Source of the DNA: a virus
IMG/VR virus record: IMGVR_UViG_3300025646_005482
Location: 1-64,000 of that record
Direction: 5' to 3' (one strand)
Length of the DNA: 64,000 bases
In this document: positions 48,106 to 57,329 of the stretch, piece by piece
Layout: each line of letters begins with the position of its first letter
How positions within the stretch are numbered: position 1 is the first letter of the stretch
Notes under the pieces: generated by a model
Told to the model about the DNA's origin: nothing
Database searches by the model: none
The model's input: only the letters and a program-made list of their open reading frames with translations
Translations under genes and position numbers: made by a program

Positions 48106-48847
48106 AGCATATATTTTAAAAACAAATCATGTCAAATCAACAGAGTATGCCGCTGATGTAGCGAGATCATGTGATGATATCGGATTGAAATATGAATATG
48201 TCAATTGGTATCAAGGTCTGCCTGACGAGGCGTGGGCAAATACAGGAGTGGCTAAACCTCCAAAAATAAGTGGTAGTCCTGCAGCTCAATGTTGTTTTAG
48301 TGGTCATTTGGCTATTTGGAAAAAGATTTTAGATAGTGGAGAAGCTGGCATCGTACTAGAACATGATGGTATGATGCTTCATTATCCTGATATCGACATA
48401 TTAGATGATTTCATCGTTCTGATGGGATATAAACTAAGAGATCCAAATCAATATGATCATAAGTTAGCAGGACCTCCTGTCGAGATTGTTGATGTGAAAG
48501 GTGCGGGTCATGAGGGTTCACACGCGTATGCGCTAACACCACACACAGCAGATCGACTTATCAATGAAGTATTAGAACAAGGCGCATCAGGCGCCATCGA
48601 TAATAGATACTTTTTAAAATCTAGAAAATCAAAGATAGGTTTGAAGATTATGTCGCCTACACCTGCTATCGGCTGGATTCGTGATTCTACTATTCAATCA
48701 AGAGGTCATTCAGCTGATCGTAATTACGAATTCATAGAAAGTTTTCAAAAATATTTTAATAAAGGTCAGAATCCACAACAGCCCAATCGTAAAAAAGTTC
48801 CTGATGGACATATGAATGCTATGGCTGGGAGTTCTTCACTTTCATAA
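48092..48847 (+). CDS. GT25-like glycosyltransferase, paralog 2
   Basis: CFSGHLAIW...IVLEHDG...GSHAYALTP. Confidence 0.7.
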   Translation: MKANRAYILKTNHVKSTEYAADVARSCDDIGLKYEYVNWYQGLPDEAWANTGVAKPPKISGSPAAQCCFSGHLAIWKKILDSGEAGIVLEHDGMMLHYPDIDILDDFIVLMGYKLRDPNQYDHKLAGPPVEIVDVKGAGHEGSHAYALTPHTADRLINEVLEQGASGAIDNRYFLKSRKSKIGLKIMSPTPAIGWIRDSTIQSRGHSADRNYEFIESFQKYFNKGQNPQQPNRKKVPDGHMNAMAGSSSLS

Positions 48848-48850
48848 TTG

Positions 48851-48858
48851 TATAAATA
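48851..48858 (+). promoter_or_regulatory. T4 late promoter
   Basis: Perfect TATAAATA, 60 nt upstream of ATG 48918. Confidence 0.75.
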
Positions 48859-48917
48859 CCAGTAGAAGTTAGGCTGCGGCAGACCTTCGTATAACGGATA
48901 AGGCTAAGGCAATCTCC

Positions 48918-50279
48918 ATGAAAACTGTAGTCATAGCGTTCGGTCGTATGAATCCTCCTACGATCGGCCACGAAAAATTAGTATCAAAAATACGGACTAC
49001 TGCACGTAAGTATCGTGCGAAGCCTATGCTCTTCTTGTCACATTCACAAGACAAGAAAAAAAATCCTCTCTCATACGAAGACAAAATCCGCTACAGTAAA
49101 AAAGCATTTGGTGCAATGGTAACTAAATCCAATGCACGTACTATTATAGATGTAGCAAAAGACCTTGAGAAACAGTTCGACGAATTAGTTGTTATTGGTG
49201 GTTCGGACCGAGTGTCAGAGTTTCAATCATTATTAGATAGGTATAATGGTAAAGACTATGCTTTCGAAAAGATCACTGTCGTCTCAGCTGGAGAACGTGA
49301 TCCAGACTCAGATGATGTGTCTGGTATGTCAGCATCGAAACTACGATCTCTAGCTCAAACTGGTAAGTTTACAGAGTTTAAGAATGGTCTACCTAAGAAT
49401 CTGCAAAGGGGCAGAGAGGCAAAAGAGATGTACGATACGATAAGAAATGCAGCAGGCATCACTGAAGATATGTCGCTGCAAGAAGTACTCAATATGCAAC
49501 AGCGACTGAAGAAAAAAGCTTTGATGCGTCGACTCAAAGGCAAAATCAAGTTAGGTCGTAGGCGTGCTAAGTTTAGGATTGCGAATCCCGAAAAATTAAG
49601 AAAGAGATCTGCTAAAAAGGCTCGCGAAATCATTCGAGCTCGTATTGCCGGATCTCAAGGCAAAAGTTACAAAGATTTGCCATATGCAGGTCGACAACAA
49701 GTCGATAAACGCGTAGAGAAGAAAAAAGATTTGATCGCACGTCTCGCTAAGCGCATGATGCCTAAAGTCAAGAAGGCAGAGATGGAGCGAGTAAAAAGAA
49801 ATCGTAGCTCGAAGAAAGAAGAGACAGAATTGAATTTGTATCAGATCATCGAACATCTGATCGAAAAGGTAAACATCGAACAAGTTACAGAGAAGGTTGA
49901 GCGTAACCTCCTGAAGAAGAGTGAGAAGCATGGTATCTCATTCGAAGAATTACGCCAGCGTTATATCGATGCCAAAGCAGAATGGGTAATCGAAGACACT
50001 GAGTTGACCGCTGATCAATATGCATTCGATAAGTTGAATCATGATCTCATCAATGAGAAAGGTGAGGATGCAAAAGGTCATAAGCGACCAACAGAAGACG
50101 GTGCAGGATTGACACGAAAAGGTGCAAAAGCACATGGTGTCAAAACTGCAGTCACAACGCCACCATCTAAACTCGACCCCGACGGTGAAGCAGCAGGCAG
50201 ACGAAAGTCTTTCTGTGCTCGCTCACGTAGTTGGACAGGCGAGAGAGGGAAAGCTGCACGACGAAGGTGGAATTGCTAA
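48918..50279 (+). CDS. HIGH-family (cytidylyltransferase-like) nucleotidyltransferase with basic C-terminal extensions
   Basis: FGRMNPPTIGH, KNPL, GGSDR, SAGERDPD..GMSASKLR; C-terminal RRKSFCAR...ARRRWNC module. Confidence 0.8.
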   Translation: MKTVVIAFGRMNPPTIGHEKLVSKIRTTARKYRAKPMLFLSHSQDKKKNPLSYEDKIRYSKKAFGAMVTKSNARTIIDVAKDLEKQFDELVVIGGSDRVSEFQSLLDRYNGKDYAFEKITVVSAGERDPDSDDVSGMSASKLRSLAQTGKFTEFKNGLPKNLQRGREAKEMYDTIRNAAGITEDMSLQEVLNMQQRLKKKALMRRLKGKIKLGRRRAKFRIANPEKLRKRSAKKAREIIRARIAGSQGKSYKDLPYAGRQQVDKRVEKKKDLIARLAKRMMPKVKKAEMERVKRNRSSKKEETELNLYQIIEHLIEKVNIEQVTEKVERNLLKKSEKHGISFEELRQRYIDAKAEWVIEDTELTADQYAFDKLNHDLINEKGEDAKGHKRPTEDGAGLTRKGAKAHGVKTAVTTPPSKLDPDGEAAGRRKSFCARSRSWTGERGKAARRRWNC

Positions 50280-51082
50280 TGGCAATTTGGAATAAAGACT
50301 CACAAGCGTTTCTGAATAATAATAAGACATTATTCGAAGCTTTTTCAATTGCCGATAAAGACGGTAATATCATGAACACATTTGGTACATCAGCCAATAT
50401 TCCTATTGCTGATGGATCAGTTGCCGGTTATTCAGTAAGAAATATTTTTGGTACTACTGCTGGTGATGCTGACATTGTAACGTCTGAGTTTAGAACACCG
50501 TGGGAACGAGCAAGCAACTATGAGTTTCCATCAGCAGCAAATACGATGTCCTTAGTCAGTACAAGTGGATCTGATACAGCTGTAACAGTTTTGATTTCTG
50601 GACTTGATGAAAACTATCTACCAATTAGCGAAACGAAAACATTGACAGGTACAGCACCGATTACTACAGACAATAGTTATTTTAGAATTAATGACATGAT
50701 TTGTACTGTTGGAAATGCTGTTGGAACTATTACATTATCTATTGGCGCAGATGTTTATTCACAGATTGATCCAGGAAATGGAAGAGATCAAAAAGCAGTA
50801 TATACTGTACCTGCTGGATATTGTTTCTTCTTAACACGAATCGACGCATTTTGTACTGATGCAAATGGTGGTAAGGCAGCACGATTTAGAAACTATTTGC
50901 GCTCTTCAAATGGTAGAGTGTTGAGAGTTGCTGATACAACGTTTTTTGAAAATATGAATATTATGAGACAGGCGCCATTTAAGTACGACCAAAAAACGGA
51001 TATTGAAATGCAATTAAGGTCTTTGTCAGGTTCTACTTTCGGCTCAGTGTTTGCTGAAGGTATACTAGTACAACAAGTATAA
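50279..51082 (+). CDS. putative virion structural protein (beta-rich)
   Basis: Thr/Ser/Gly-rich, ISGLDENY, VYTVPAG; lies in a late operon. Confidence 0.55.
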   Translation: MAIWNKDSQAFLNNNKTLFEAFSIADKDGNIMNTFGTSANIPIADGSVAGYSVRNIFGTTAGDADIVTSEFRTPWERASNYEFPSAANTMSLVSTSGSDTAVTVLISGLDENYLPISETKTLTGTAPITTDNSYFRINDMICTVGNAVGTITLSIGADVYSQIDPGNGRDQKAVYTVPAGYCFFLTRIDAFCTDANGGKAARFRNYLRSSNGRVLRVADTTFFENMNIMRQAPFKYDQKTDIEMQLRSLSGSTFGSVFAEGILVQQV

Positions 51083-51097
51083 CAAACGGACAGATAA

Positions 51098-52720
51098 ATG
51101 AATATCTTCAAAGAATACACAGAAAATCAGAAGCGCGCTAAAGATAAGATCAAGCGTGAGAAAGAAGCTGATAAGGCAAAACATGATCGTATGATGGATC
51201 AAGCTCGTAACCGTGATACTTCTCGAAAGAATACTATGTCTGAGTCAGAGATTCATGTACGTCTCGATCATCTCGATGGTGACTCTCGTCAGAAGAAAGC
51301 TGGTGCTGTCATGCGCAAGCATGAACGAGCAGGTCATATCGAGTATGTTGGCAATACTGATAAAGGTGTTGTATTCAAAGCGAAGAGCAAAGCACACGCT
51401 GACCGACTACACAGAGATCTGAAGCCTCATGCAACTGGTGTTGAGCACATGAGCGAAGCTACTAAGTCAGCACAAGATCCCGATATTAAAGATAGAGAGG
51501 GTACACAACCCGCTGCCTATCATAAAGGTTTAAAGAAAACAACAAAAGCAAAGCGAGATGCACACTTTAAGAAGCACGGTAAGAAAGCAGATGATGATGC
51601 TTCAGCATATAAAGATGCACCTGGCGATAAGAAAGCAAGGAAGGGAGACATGCCTAAGTCAAAGTATACTAAGTTCGTAGATAATATGATGAAGGAAGGT
51701 ACTGACTTCGCTGCTCATCGTGCCGCTAAAGCAACTGCACCTTCAGATTCTGATCGTAAAAAGATGGCGAAGGTAGCAGATCTGATGCGTAAAGAGCGTG
51801 AGAAGAAAGCTGCGATGAAAGAGGGTAAGGTTGATAATCACCCAGAAGTTAGAAAGCTATTTAAGGGTATAGGCAAAACCAAACCGGATAGTTTCGAAAG
51901 AAGGCGTGCGGTTCGTGCTTGGTCAAATAAGCGAAAGGAACTGCATAACGAAGAAGCACAAGTCGATGAAAGTGTATACAAAGGTAAAGATGCATTTGGT
52001 CGTGGTGTGATTGGTAGACTGCGTGGTGGTAAAGCTGGTGCTTATATGGCAAAGAAAGCCAAAGAACGTTCTGATATGAATAAGAAGAACGATCCAGGTT
52101 CAGCGAAGAAAGGTTATGCTCTCAGTGTAACAGACAAAGATAAAGCAATGGCGAAAGCACGAAAGAAAGGTTTGAGCCCTAAGCATCCTACTACTAACTA
52201 TAATAGGAAGCTGCCTGAAGAAGCACAGAAGAAAGATCATCAGACTATTAGCTACGTTACACATGGTGGTCAGAAGGGTAAAGTACAGGTACATAAAGAC
52301 AATGCCTTCAAAGCACTGAATCATTATCGTAAAAATAACAAGAGTGCACAGTTTGAAGCGATGTCACCTGAATCTCGGAAAGCACATGGTCGAATGTTTA
52401 AGGCCGCACAAAAGAAGAAGGATGATTCAGCTGCACAAGCCGACCGCGAAAAGCGATTGAAGGCAAAAGGATGGGTCAAGAACGATCGTGGCGGTATGTC
52501 GAAAGTAACCGAAGAGGGTGATAGTTCATTCGCTGCGAAGGCTGCTAAGTCAGGCATTTCGGTCGGTACCCTGAAGAAGGTATATAATAGAGGAGTTGCT
52601 GCGTGGAAGACAGGTCATCGACCAGGAACTACGCCATCTCAATGGGGTCATGCACGTGTAAATGCGTTCATTGCCAAGAAAAAGAAAGGTGGACTTAACC
52701 ACGACAAAGATCTAGCGTGA
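51098..52720 (+). CDS. very basic modular internal head protein-like polypeptide
   Basis: Lys/Arg-rich modules separated by hydrophobic-x-E sites; C-terminal VYNRGVAAWKTGHRPGTTPSQWGHARVNAF. Confidence 0.65.
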   Translation: MNIFKEYTENQKRAKDKIKREKEADKAKHDRMMDQARNRDTSRKNTMSESEIHVRLDHLDGDSRQKKAGAVMRKHERAGHIEYVGNTDKGVVFKAKSKAHADRLHRDLKPHATGVEHMSEATKSAQDPDIKDREGTQPAAYHKGLKKTTKAKRDAHFKKHGKKADDDASAYKDAPGDKKARKGDMPKSKYTKFVDNMMKEGTDFAAHRAAKATAPSDSDRKKMAKVADLMRKEREKKAAMKEGKVDNHPEVRKLFKGIGKTKPDSFERRRAVRAWSNKRKELHNEEAQVDESVYKGKDAFGRGVIGRLRGGKAGAYMAKKAKERSDMNKKNDPGSAKKGYALSVTDKDKAMAKARKKGLSPKHPTTNYNRKLPEEAQKKDHQTISYVTHGGQKGKVQVHKDNAFKALNHYRKNNKSAQFEAMSPESRKAHGRMFKAAQKKKDDSAAQADREKRLKAKGWVKNDRGGMSKVTEEGDSSFAAKAAKSGISVGTLKKVYNRGVAAWKTGHRPGTTPSQWGHARVNAFIAKKKKGGLNHDKDLA

Positions 52721-52727
52721 GGAAATT

Positions 52728-53033
52728 ATGGCAGATTTGAAAGACACAGCTCAAATTCAAGGATTGATGAGCGCGGTGAAAGATATTATGGCAGGTAATC
52801 AAAACCTGTATCAACAAGATTTAGAACGACAATTTAATTTTCCTGGTGGTATGGCGCCAGTAGAGGAACCAGTAGATGTTAGCGGAAGCGATACAGAGAC
52901 AGAAGTTGCAGTCAGCGGCGAAGAGCCTATCGAAGCTAGCGCGGAGCTCGACGTCAGTGCGGAGAGTGATGCAGAAGATGCAGTCGGGGAAGTTGCCGAC
53001 GAAGCAGGATCTGAAATCGATCAAGGGCGCTGA
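52728..53033 (+). CDS. acidic hypothetical protein (prohead core-like)
   Basis: GAGGA SD; highly Asp/Glu-rich; its 3' half overlaps the next gene. Confidence 0.55.
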   Translation: MADLKDTAQIQGLMSAVKDIMAGNQNLYQQDLERQFNFPGGMAPVEEPVDVSGSDTETEVAVSGEEPIEASAELDVSAESDAEDAVGEVADEAGSEIDQGR

Positions 53034-54387
53034 GCAAGACGATGTAGTCATGGCTCTGACCAAGGCGATTGGTCCTGACGAAGCAATCAAATTGCTTGAG
53101 ATGTGTGATATGTCTAAACACGCTGAGAAACTTGTGTCTGCGAAAGGCAATCCTGATGGTCCGCTTCCAAAGTGGGGCGAGCCAGGTGGTGTAGAAGATG
53201 CATTGAAGAAAACACCTGGTCAAAAGAAAAAGAAAGTTGTGGAAGAAGTGAAGACAATCAAAGTTGGCGAGGATGCCGTAGGTGCAGATAACTGTCACTA
53301 TGCACTCGTCATGGATAGAAAAGTCACTGCAACCGGTACGAAAGACGAGATGCTGGCGAAGTGCAAAAAGGAGGGAGGCCGAGTTTGGGTGTCTACTAAA
53401 AACGTTGGAGATGTAGTAGAAGAAGCTGAATTGCGACACATACTACGATATATTCCTGATCCTGAAGCAATTCAAGAAGCAGAGTATCATGTCACACGTC
53501 CAGGCGGATCATTAAGTAAACCTGATAGTGTACATAAGAATAAGTCAGAAGCAATGAAAGCTGCGTACAGACTGTCTAAGAATAAGCACATGGGTGCTAA
53601 AGGTGGTCAAGTGTATCGAGTACATAATGGCGAAGTTACTCATGGTTTTGACACTGAAGGTCGTTCGCGGCACCTCGGTCTCGATCATGCTAAAGTAACC
53701 GGCAAGAAGCCTATCAAAGAGATGGGCCAAATGAGTCATGGTAATCCGCTTCATACTTCTAATGCTGGAAAAAACCGTACCGCTACATCTAAATCGATGG
53801 CAGCTGCTGGTAAAAAGAGAAAAACTTTAGACAAATTAGAAAAAAAGATGGTCGCACTCAAGAGAAAAAAGAGGGCATTCAGAAGAGATATGTATGAAGC
53901 AAAGTTTGCTGTTGACATTGAAGGCATGCCTCGTTTCTATATGGATTCGGATTCACCAGCAAAAGTCAAGATAGCGTTACGAAATATGCTGAAGAAAGCA
54001 TCGGCTGTCAAGAGTGTTACTCGTACATATGATACGAACATCAAGGCTGATCTGAGACAGCGTCTGAAAGATGCGAGTACAGATATGCATACTAATTACG
54101 TATCAGAGAAGTTAAAGCCGTCCGATGACATGGGTGATTGGGTCGACGACTTCAAAAAATCAGATGCACCACAATTTAAGGGTAAGTCAATGGAAAAGAG
54201 ACGACAAATGGCCATCGCTGCTAAACTGTCTGCGATGCGAGAAGGTTGGAAATCAGATTCAGGTTGGAAGAAAGTTTCTGGTCCTCGCAAAGACGAGTAC
54301 GGCAATACGGTTAAGAAACAAAACATTGCTAAGCACCTTGCTAAAAAAGCAATGAACAAGACGAAAGCAATGGGAGAAAAGAAATGA
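52876..54387 (+). CDS. basic modular internal head protein-like polypeptide
   Basis: GAGGA SD at about 52863; hydrophobic-x-E-separated modules; WVDDFKKSDAPQFKGKS.EKRRQMAIAA module. Confidence 0.7.
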   Translation: MLAEAIQRQKLQSAAKSLSKLARSSTSVRRVMQKMQSGKLPTKQDLKSIKGAEQDDVVMALTKAIGPDEAIKLLEMCDMSKHAEKLVSAKGNPDGPLPKWGEPGGVEDALKKTPGQKKKKVVEEVKTIKVGEDAVGADNCHYALVMDRKVTATGTKDEMLAKCKKEGGRVWVSTKNVGDVVEEAELRHILRYIPDPEAIQEAEYHVTRPGGSLSKPDSVHKNKSEAMKAAYRLSKNKHMGAKGGQVYRVHNGEVTHGFDTEGRSRHLGLDHAKVTGKKPIKEMGQMSHGNPLHTSNAGKNRTATSKSMAAAGKKRKTLDKLEKKMVALKRKKRAFRRDMYEAKFAVDIEGMPRFYMDSDSPAKVKIALRNMLKKASAVKSVTRTYDTNIKADLRQRLKDASTDMHTNYVSEKLKPSDDMGDWVDDFKKSDAPQFKGKSMEKRRQMAIAAKLSAMREGWKSDSGWKKVSGPRKDEYGNTVKKQNIAKHLAKKAMNKTKAMGEKK

Positions 54388-54536
54388 AGAAGTTCAAGGA
54401 TTTTGTAACGGAGAAGAAAGAATTGTCTCCTGCACAGAAGAAGCATCTTGATGTAGATGATGATAACGACATTGACGCAGCAGATTTTAAGAAGCTGCGA
54501 GCGAAGAAAGAGAAAGCTGTCAAGGATGACGACTAA
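54384..54536 (+). CDS. small capsid-targeted protein with an EF-hand-like loop
   Basis: Read manually: MKKFKDFVTEKKELSPAQKKHLDVDDDNDIDAADFKKLR... Confidence 0.6.
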   Translation: MKKFKDFVTEKKELSPAQKKHLDVDDDNDIDAADFKKLRAKKEKAVKDDD

Positions 54537-54572
54537 TAAATAACTGTTTAAACATAAGACGGAGAATAAGAA

Positions 54573-54917
54573 ATGTCTTTATTCGGAAAAAGAGACCAGT
54601 ACTCTGACGCACCTAAGTTTGTTGCGAAGGCAGAAACAGGTGAGACTGGACAAGCTTTGTTCGGCAATACTACTGATGGTGTTTTTGGTGTAGATCAAGC
54701 TGAATCAAAAGCTGCGCGCGGCGCTGGAAAGGGTAGTGTACCTCCAGGTTGGGTTCGTAAGTATACTCGAACTCGTGGCGGTGTAAGCCAGGATGTACAT
54801 GAGACACTAGCAACTCTTAAGATTAGTCTTGATGCTACTGATTTCGCTAATACTTCAACGCTTGATGTAGCTAACACTACTGGTACTGCTGACGATTCAG
54901 AATTCCCTGATTCCTAA
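54573..54917 (+). CDS. putative virion protein
   Basis: AATAAATA late promoter at 54535; MSLFGK.D, FGVD..E, PGWV, ends EFPDS. Confidence 0.6.
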   Translation: MSLFGKRDQYSDAPKFVAKAETGETGQALFGNTTDGVFGVDQAESKAARGAGKGSVPPGWVRKYTRTRGGVSQDVHETLATLKISLDATDFANTSTLDVANTTGTADDSEFPDS

Positions 54918-54930
54918 TATTTAGATCATT

Positions 54931-55320
54931 ATGACACCATTGACTGAGTCAAACTTTTTGTTATATGCTGCGGCAAATTACACCAATACGGTGTACGATA
55001 CTGAAGAGTTTTATGATGACTTGAAAAGGTTCAAATATCTAAAGCGTCTCTTCTCAAGATATATTGAGAAGGGTGAGTTAAAGGAAAGATTGATACTGAA
55101 TCATGTCATTACATTATATAACGTATTTCGTCATGATGCAGCGACACGTATGTTATTTTTTAAGATCGATGAAGAACACTGGCATATTTTAAAAACATTT
55201 TTATTATTTTTACAATATATGCCAGATAGAATCACAGATCTAAATTTTGAAGGGTGTCATATTAGAACAGAAATGTTATCAGTAGATCTTAAAATTGCAG
55301 AGGTATTAAGGAACATATAG
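54931..55320 (+). CDS. conserved T4-like hypothetical protein
   Basis: NFLLYAA..Y, EEFYDDLKRFKYLKRL, ERLILNH..LYNVF. Confidence 0.7.
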   Translation: MTPLTESNFLLYAAANYTNTVYDTEEFYDDLKRFKYLKRLFSRYIEKGELKERLILNHVITLYNVFRHDAATRMLFFKIDEEHWHILKTFLLFLQYMPDRITDLNFEGCHIRTEMLSVDLKIAEVLRNI

Positions 55321-55466
55321 TGGCTAAAGCAAAAGGAATGATGGGCATCAAGCTTACTATCGAACCTTCTAATAAGGGGACCAGTATTGGTCGCAACAAT
55401 ATTAAGATGGCTTCGATGAACAAAGCTAGAAAGAGATCATTTAAAAAGTATAGAGGTCAGGGCTAA
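55320..55466 (+). CDS. small basic conserved protein
   Basis: Read manually: ...GTSIG...SMNKARKRSFKKYRGQG. Confidence 0.6.
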   Translation: MAKAKGMMGIKLTIEPSNKGTSIGRNNIKMASMNKARKRSFKKYRGQG

Positions 55467-55969
55467 TGGCTAAAGGTGTAGTAGATCTAGCTGCGATTTA
55501 CATGTTTTTAAAGCGATTAGTAACACCTTTTGACCAATGGGATGCATATAAAACCGGTCTTATTGATAAGGACGGGAAAGTTATTGTGTCTAAAGCCGAT
55601 AGAACTCCTGAACAGAACAAATCGTTTGGGTATTTCGATCGCCTTGTAGCTAATCTGAAAAAACTGATGGGCAAAATACCCGGAGGTAAAACCCGTATCG
55701 CATCATTTGCTGCTGCGCTCTTGCTTTTGCGTGAAAAGAATCTAGATCCCGATGACATTGAATATCTAGAAGAGTGTTTGCATCACTACATGAAAGAAGC
55801 GGAAATGCTAGTTGAAGAAGGAGAAGGTGGTCCTACTAATTCTACATCGATGGGCCCTGGTATGGGCGATGATCCTCAAGTATTTCCTAAGAAGAAAAGA
55901 AAAACATCCTTCATCACGCGCAATTACATTGAGGTCAATGGCAAGCGCAAACGTATTTTTAAGGGCTGA
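55466..55969 (+). CDS. conserved T4-like hypothetical protein
   Basis: FLKRLVTPFDQWDAYKTGLIDKDG, RLVANLKKL, SFAAALLLLRE. Confidence 0.7.
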   Translation: MAKGVVDLAAIYMFLKRLVTPFDQWDAYKTGLIDKDGKVIVSKADRTPEQNKSFGYFDRLVANLKKLMGKIPGGKTRIASFAAALLLLREKNLDPDDIEYLEECLHHYMKEAEMLVEEGEGGPTNSTSMGPGMGDDPQVFPKKKRKTSFITRNYIEVNGKRKRIFKG

Positions 55970-55971
55970 CC

Positions 55972-56256
55972 ATGGCTGAATCACAAGTAAAACGTTTAGA
56001 TCGTATTGAAGAGAAGATCGATAAGTTAGGCGATGCAATGATCTCTCTCGCGCGCGCTGAAGAAAAACTTATTGCTATTGAAAACAATAATCATGCTAAC
56101 TTTGACCGGCTCAATCGCTTCTCTTCTAAGCTGGATGATATAGAGAAGAAGGTTGATGACAATGCTCATACCGTTCAAATCATCAATCGTCTGTTCTGGA
56201 TTGTAGCCGTAGCAATCGCGTCTGTAGTGGTATCACAGCACTTCCCGTTTGTTTAA
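55972..56256 (+). CDS. coiled-coil protein with C-terminal TM helix (XhlA/holin-like)
   Basis: RLDRIEEKIDKL...LARAEEK; C-terminal hydrophobic helix. Confidence 0.55.
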   Translation: MAESQVKRLDRIEEKIDKLGDAMISLARAEEKLIAIENNNHANFDRLNRFSSKLDDIEKKVDDNAHTVQIINRLFWIVAVAIASVVVSQHFPFV

Positions 56257-56259
56257 ACA

Positions 56260-56287
56260 TGTACATTCCCTGACATAGCGGTATAAT
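56260..56287 (+). promoter_or_regulatory. early promoter of primase
   Basis: TGTACA-16 nt-TATAAT. Confidence 0.6.
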
Positions 56288-56315
56288 AGCTCTATCGCTA
56301 TTCAGGTATTTTATT

Positions 56316-57329
56316 ATGTGGTTAGAACAAAAGTATATTGGTCTCATCTCCAACCGATTGGACCGATTTAAGCGAGTTAAGGCTCAACACTATAACTTCA
56401 GGTGCCCCGTTTGTGGAGACTCCAGAAAAAATAAGTACAAAGCACGTGGTTGGATATTTCCGAAAGACGATGGCGGATTTTTGTACCATTGTCATAATTG
56501 TAGTATCACTTTGGGTATCGATAAGTTACTTGAGTTCGTCGATCCAATAATATATCAGGAATTTATCCGCGAGAAAATATCGGATAATCTGACCCCGCAA
56601 GAGCGGAAGGTGACAGAGGCCGAAGTACTGGCTATCAAAATGAAACCCCCCAAGTTCGTTAAGTCTAGCGGACTAAAAAACCTCAAAAAAATCTCACAAT
56701 TATCTCACAGTCATCCCGCCAAGGTATATATAAACAAGAGACAGATTCCTACTCTGTATCATGCTAAGCTGTTCTATGCGCCACGCTTCAAGCAATTTGT
56801 CAATAGTGTGTTGCCTGGAAAGTTTGATACATTGGATCATGATGAACCACGTCTCATTATACCGTTTCTCGATGAGGATAAGAACCTCTTCGGATTTCAA
56901 GGACGATCGTTTCGTAAGGATGGCATACGGTATATAACAATAATGATCGACACGAAGAAGTCGAAAGTCTTCGGCTTAGATACCTGTGATCGTTCTAAAA
57001 CACACTACATTCTAGAAGGTCCTATCGACTCGATGTTTGTAGATAACTCTATCGCGATGGCAGGTGGTTCCATTGATTGGGATTTAGTGAATGAAAACAG
57101 CGTTTTTGTTTACGATAACGAACCACGATCTGCAGAAACATGTGCTAAGATTGAGAAGACGATAGATAAAGGATATAAGGTGGTCATATTCCCGGAGTCA
57201 ATCAAATCAAAGGACATCAATGATATGATTTTAAACTCAGAAACTATGTACATCGATGAAGTTTTAAGAGATAATATATCCTCCGGCCTTGAAGCAAAAA
57301 TACATTACACCGCATGGAAAAGAATATGA
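56316..57329 (+). CDS. gp61: DNA primase
   Basis: NFRCPVCGDS..KARG..CHNC zinc finger, GFQGR, EGPIDSMF, YDNEPR, KDINDM. Confidence 0.96.
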   Translation: MWLEQKYIGLISNRLDRFKRVKAQHYNFRCPVCGDSRKNKYKARGWIFPKDDGGFLYHCHNCSITLGIDKLLEFVDPIIYQEFIREKISDNLTPQERKVTEAEVLAIKMKPPKFVKSSGLKNLKKISQLSHSHPAKVYINKRQIPTLYHAKLFYAPRFKQFVNSVLPGKFDTLDHDEPRLIIPFLDEDKNLFGFQGRSFRKDGIRYITIMIDTKKSKVFGLDTCDRSKTHYILEGPIDSMFVDNSIAMAGGSIDWDLVNENSVFVYDNEPRSAETCAKIEKTIDKGYKVVIFPESIKSKDINDMILNSETMYIDEVLRDNISSGLEAKIHYTAWKRI

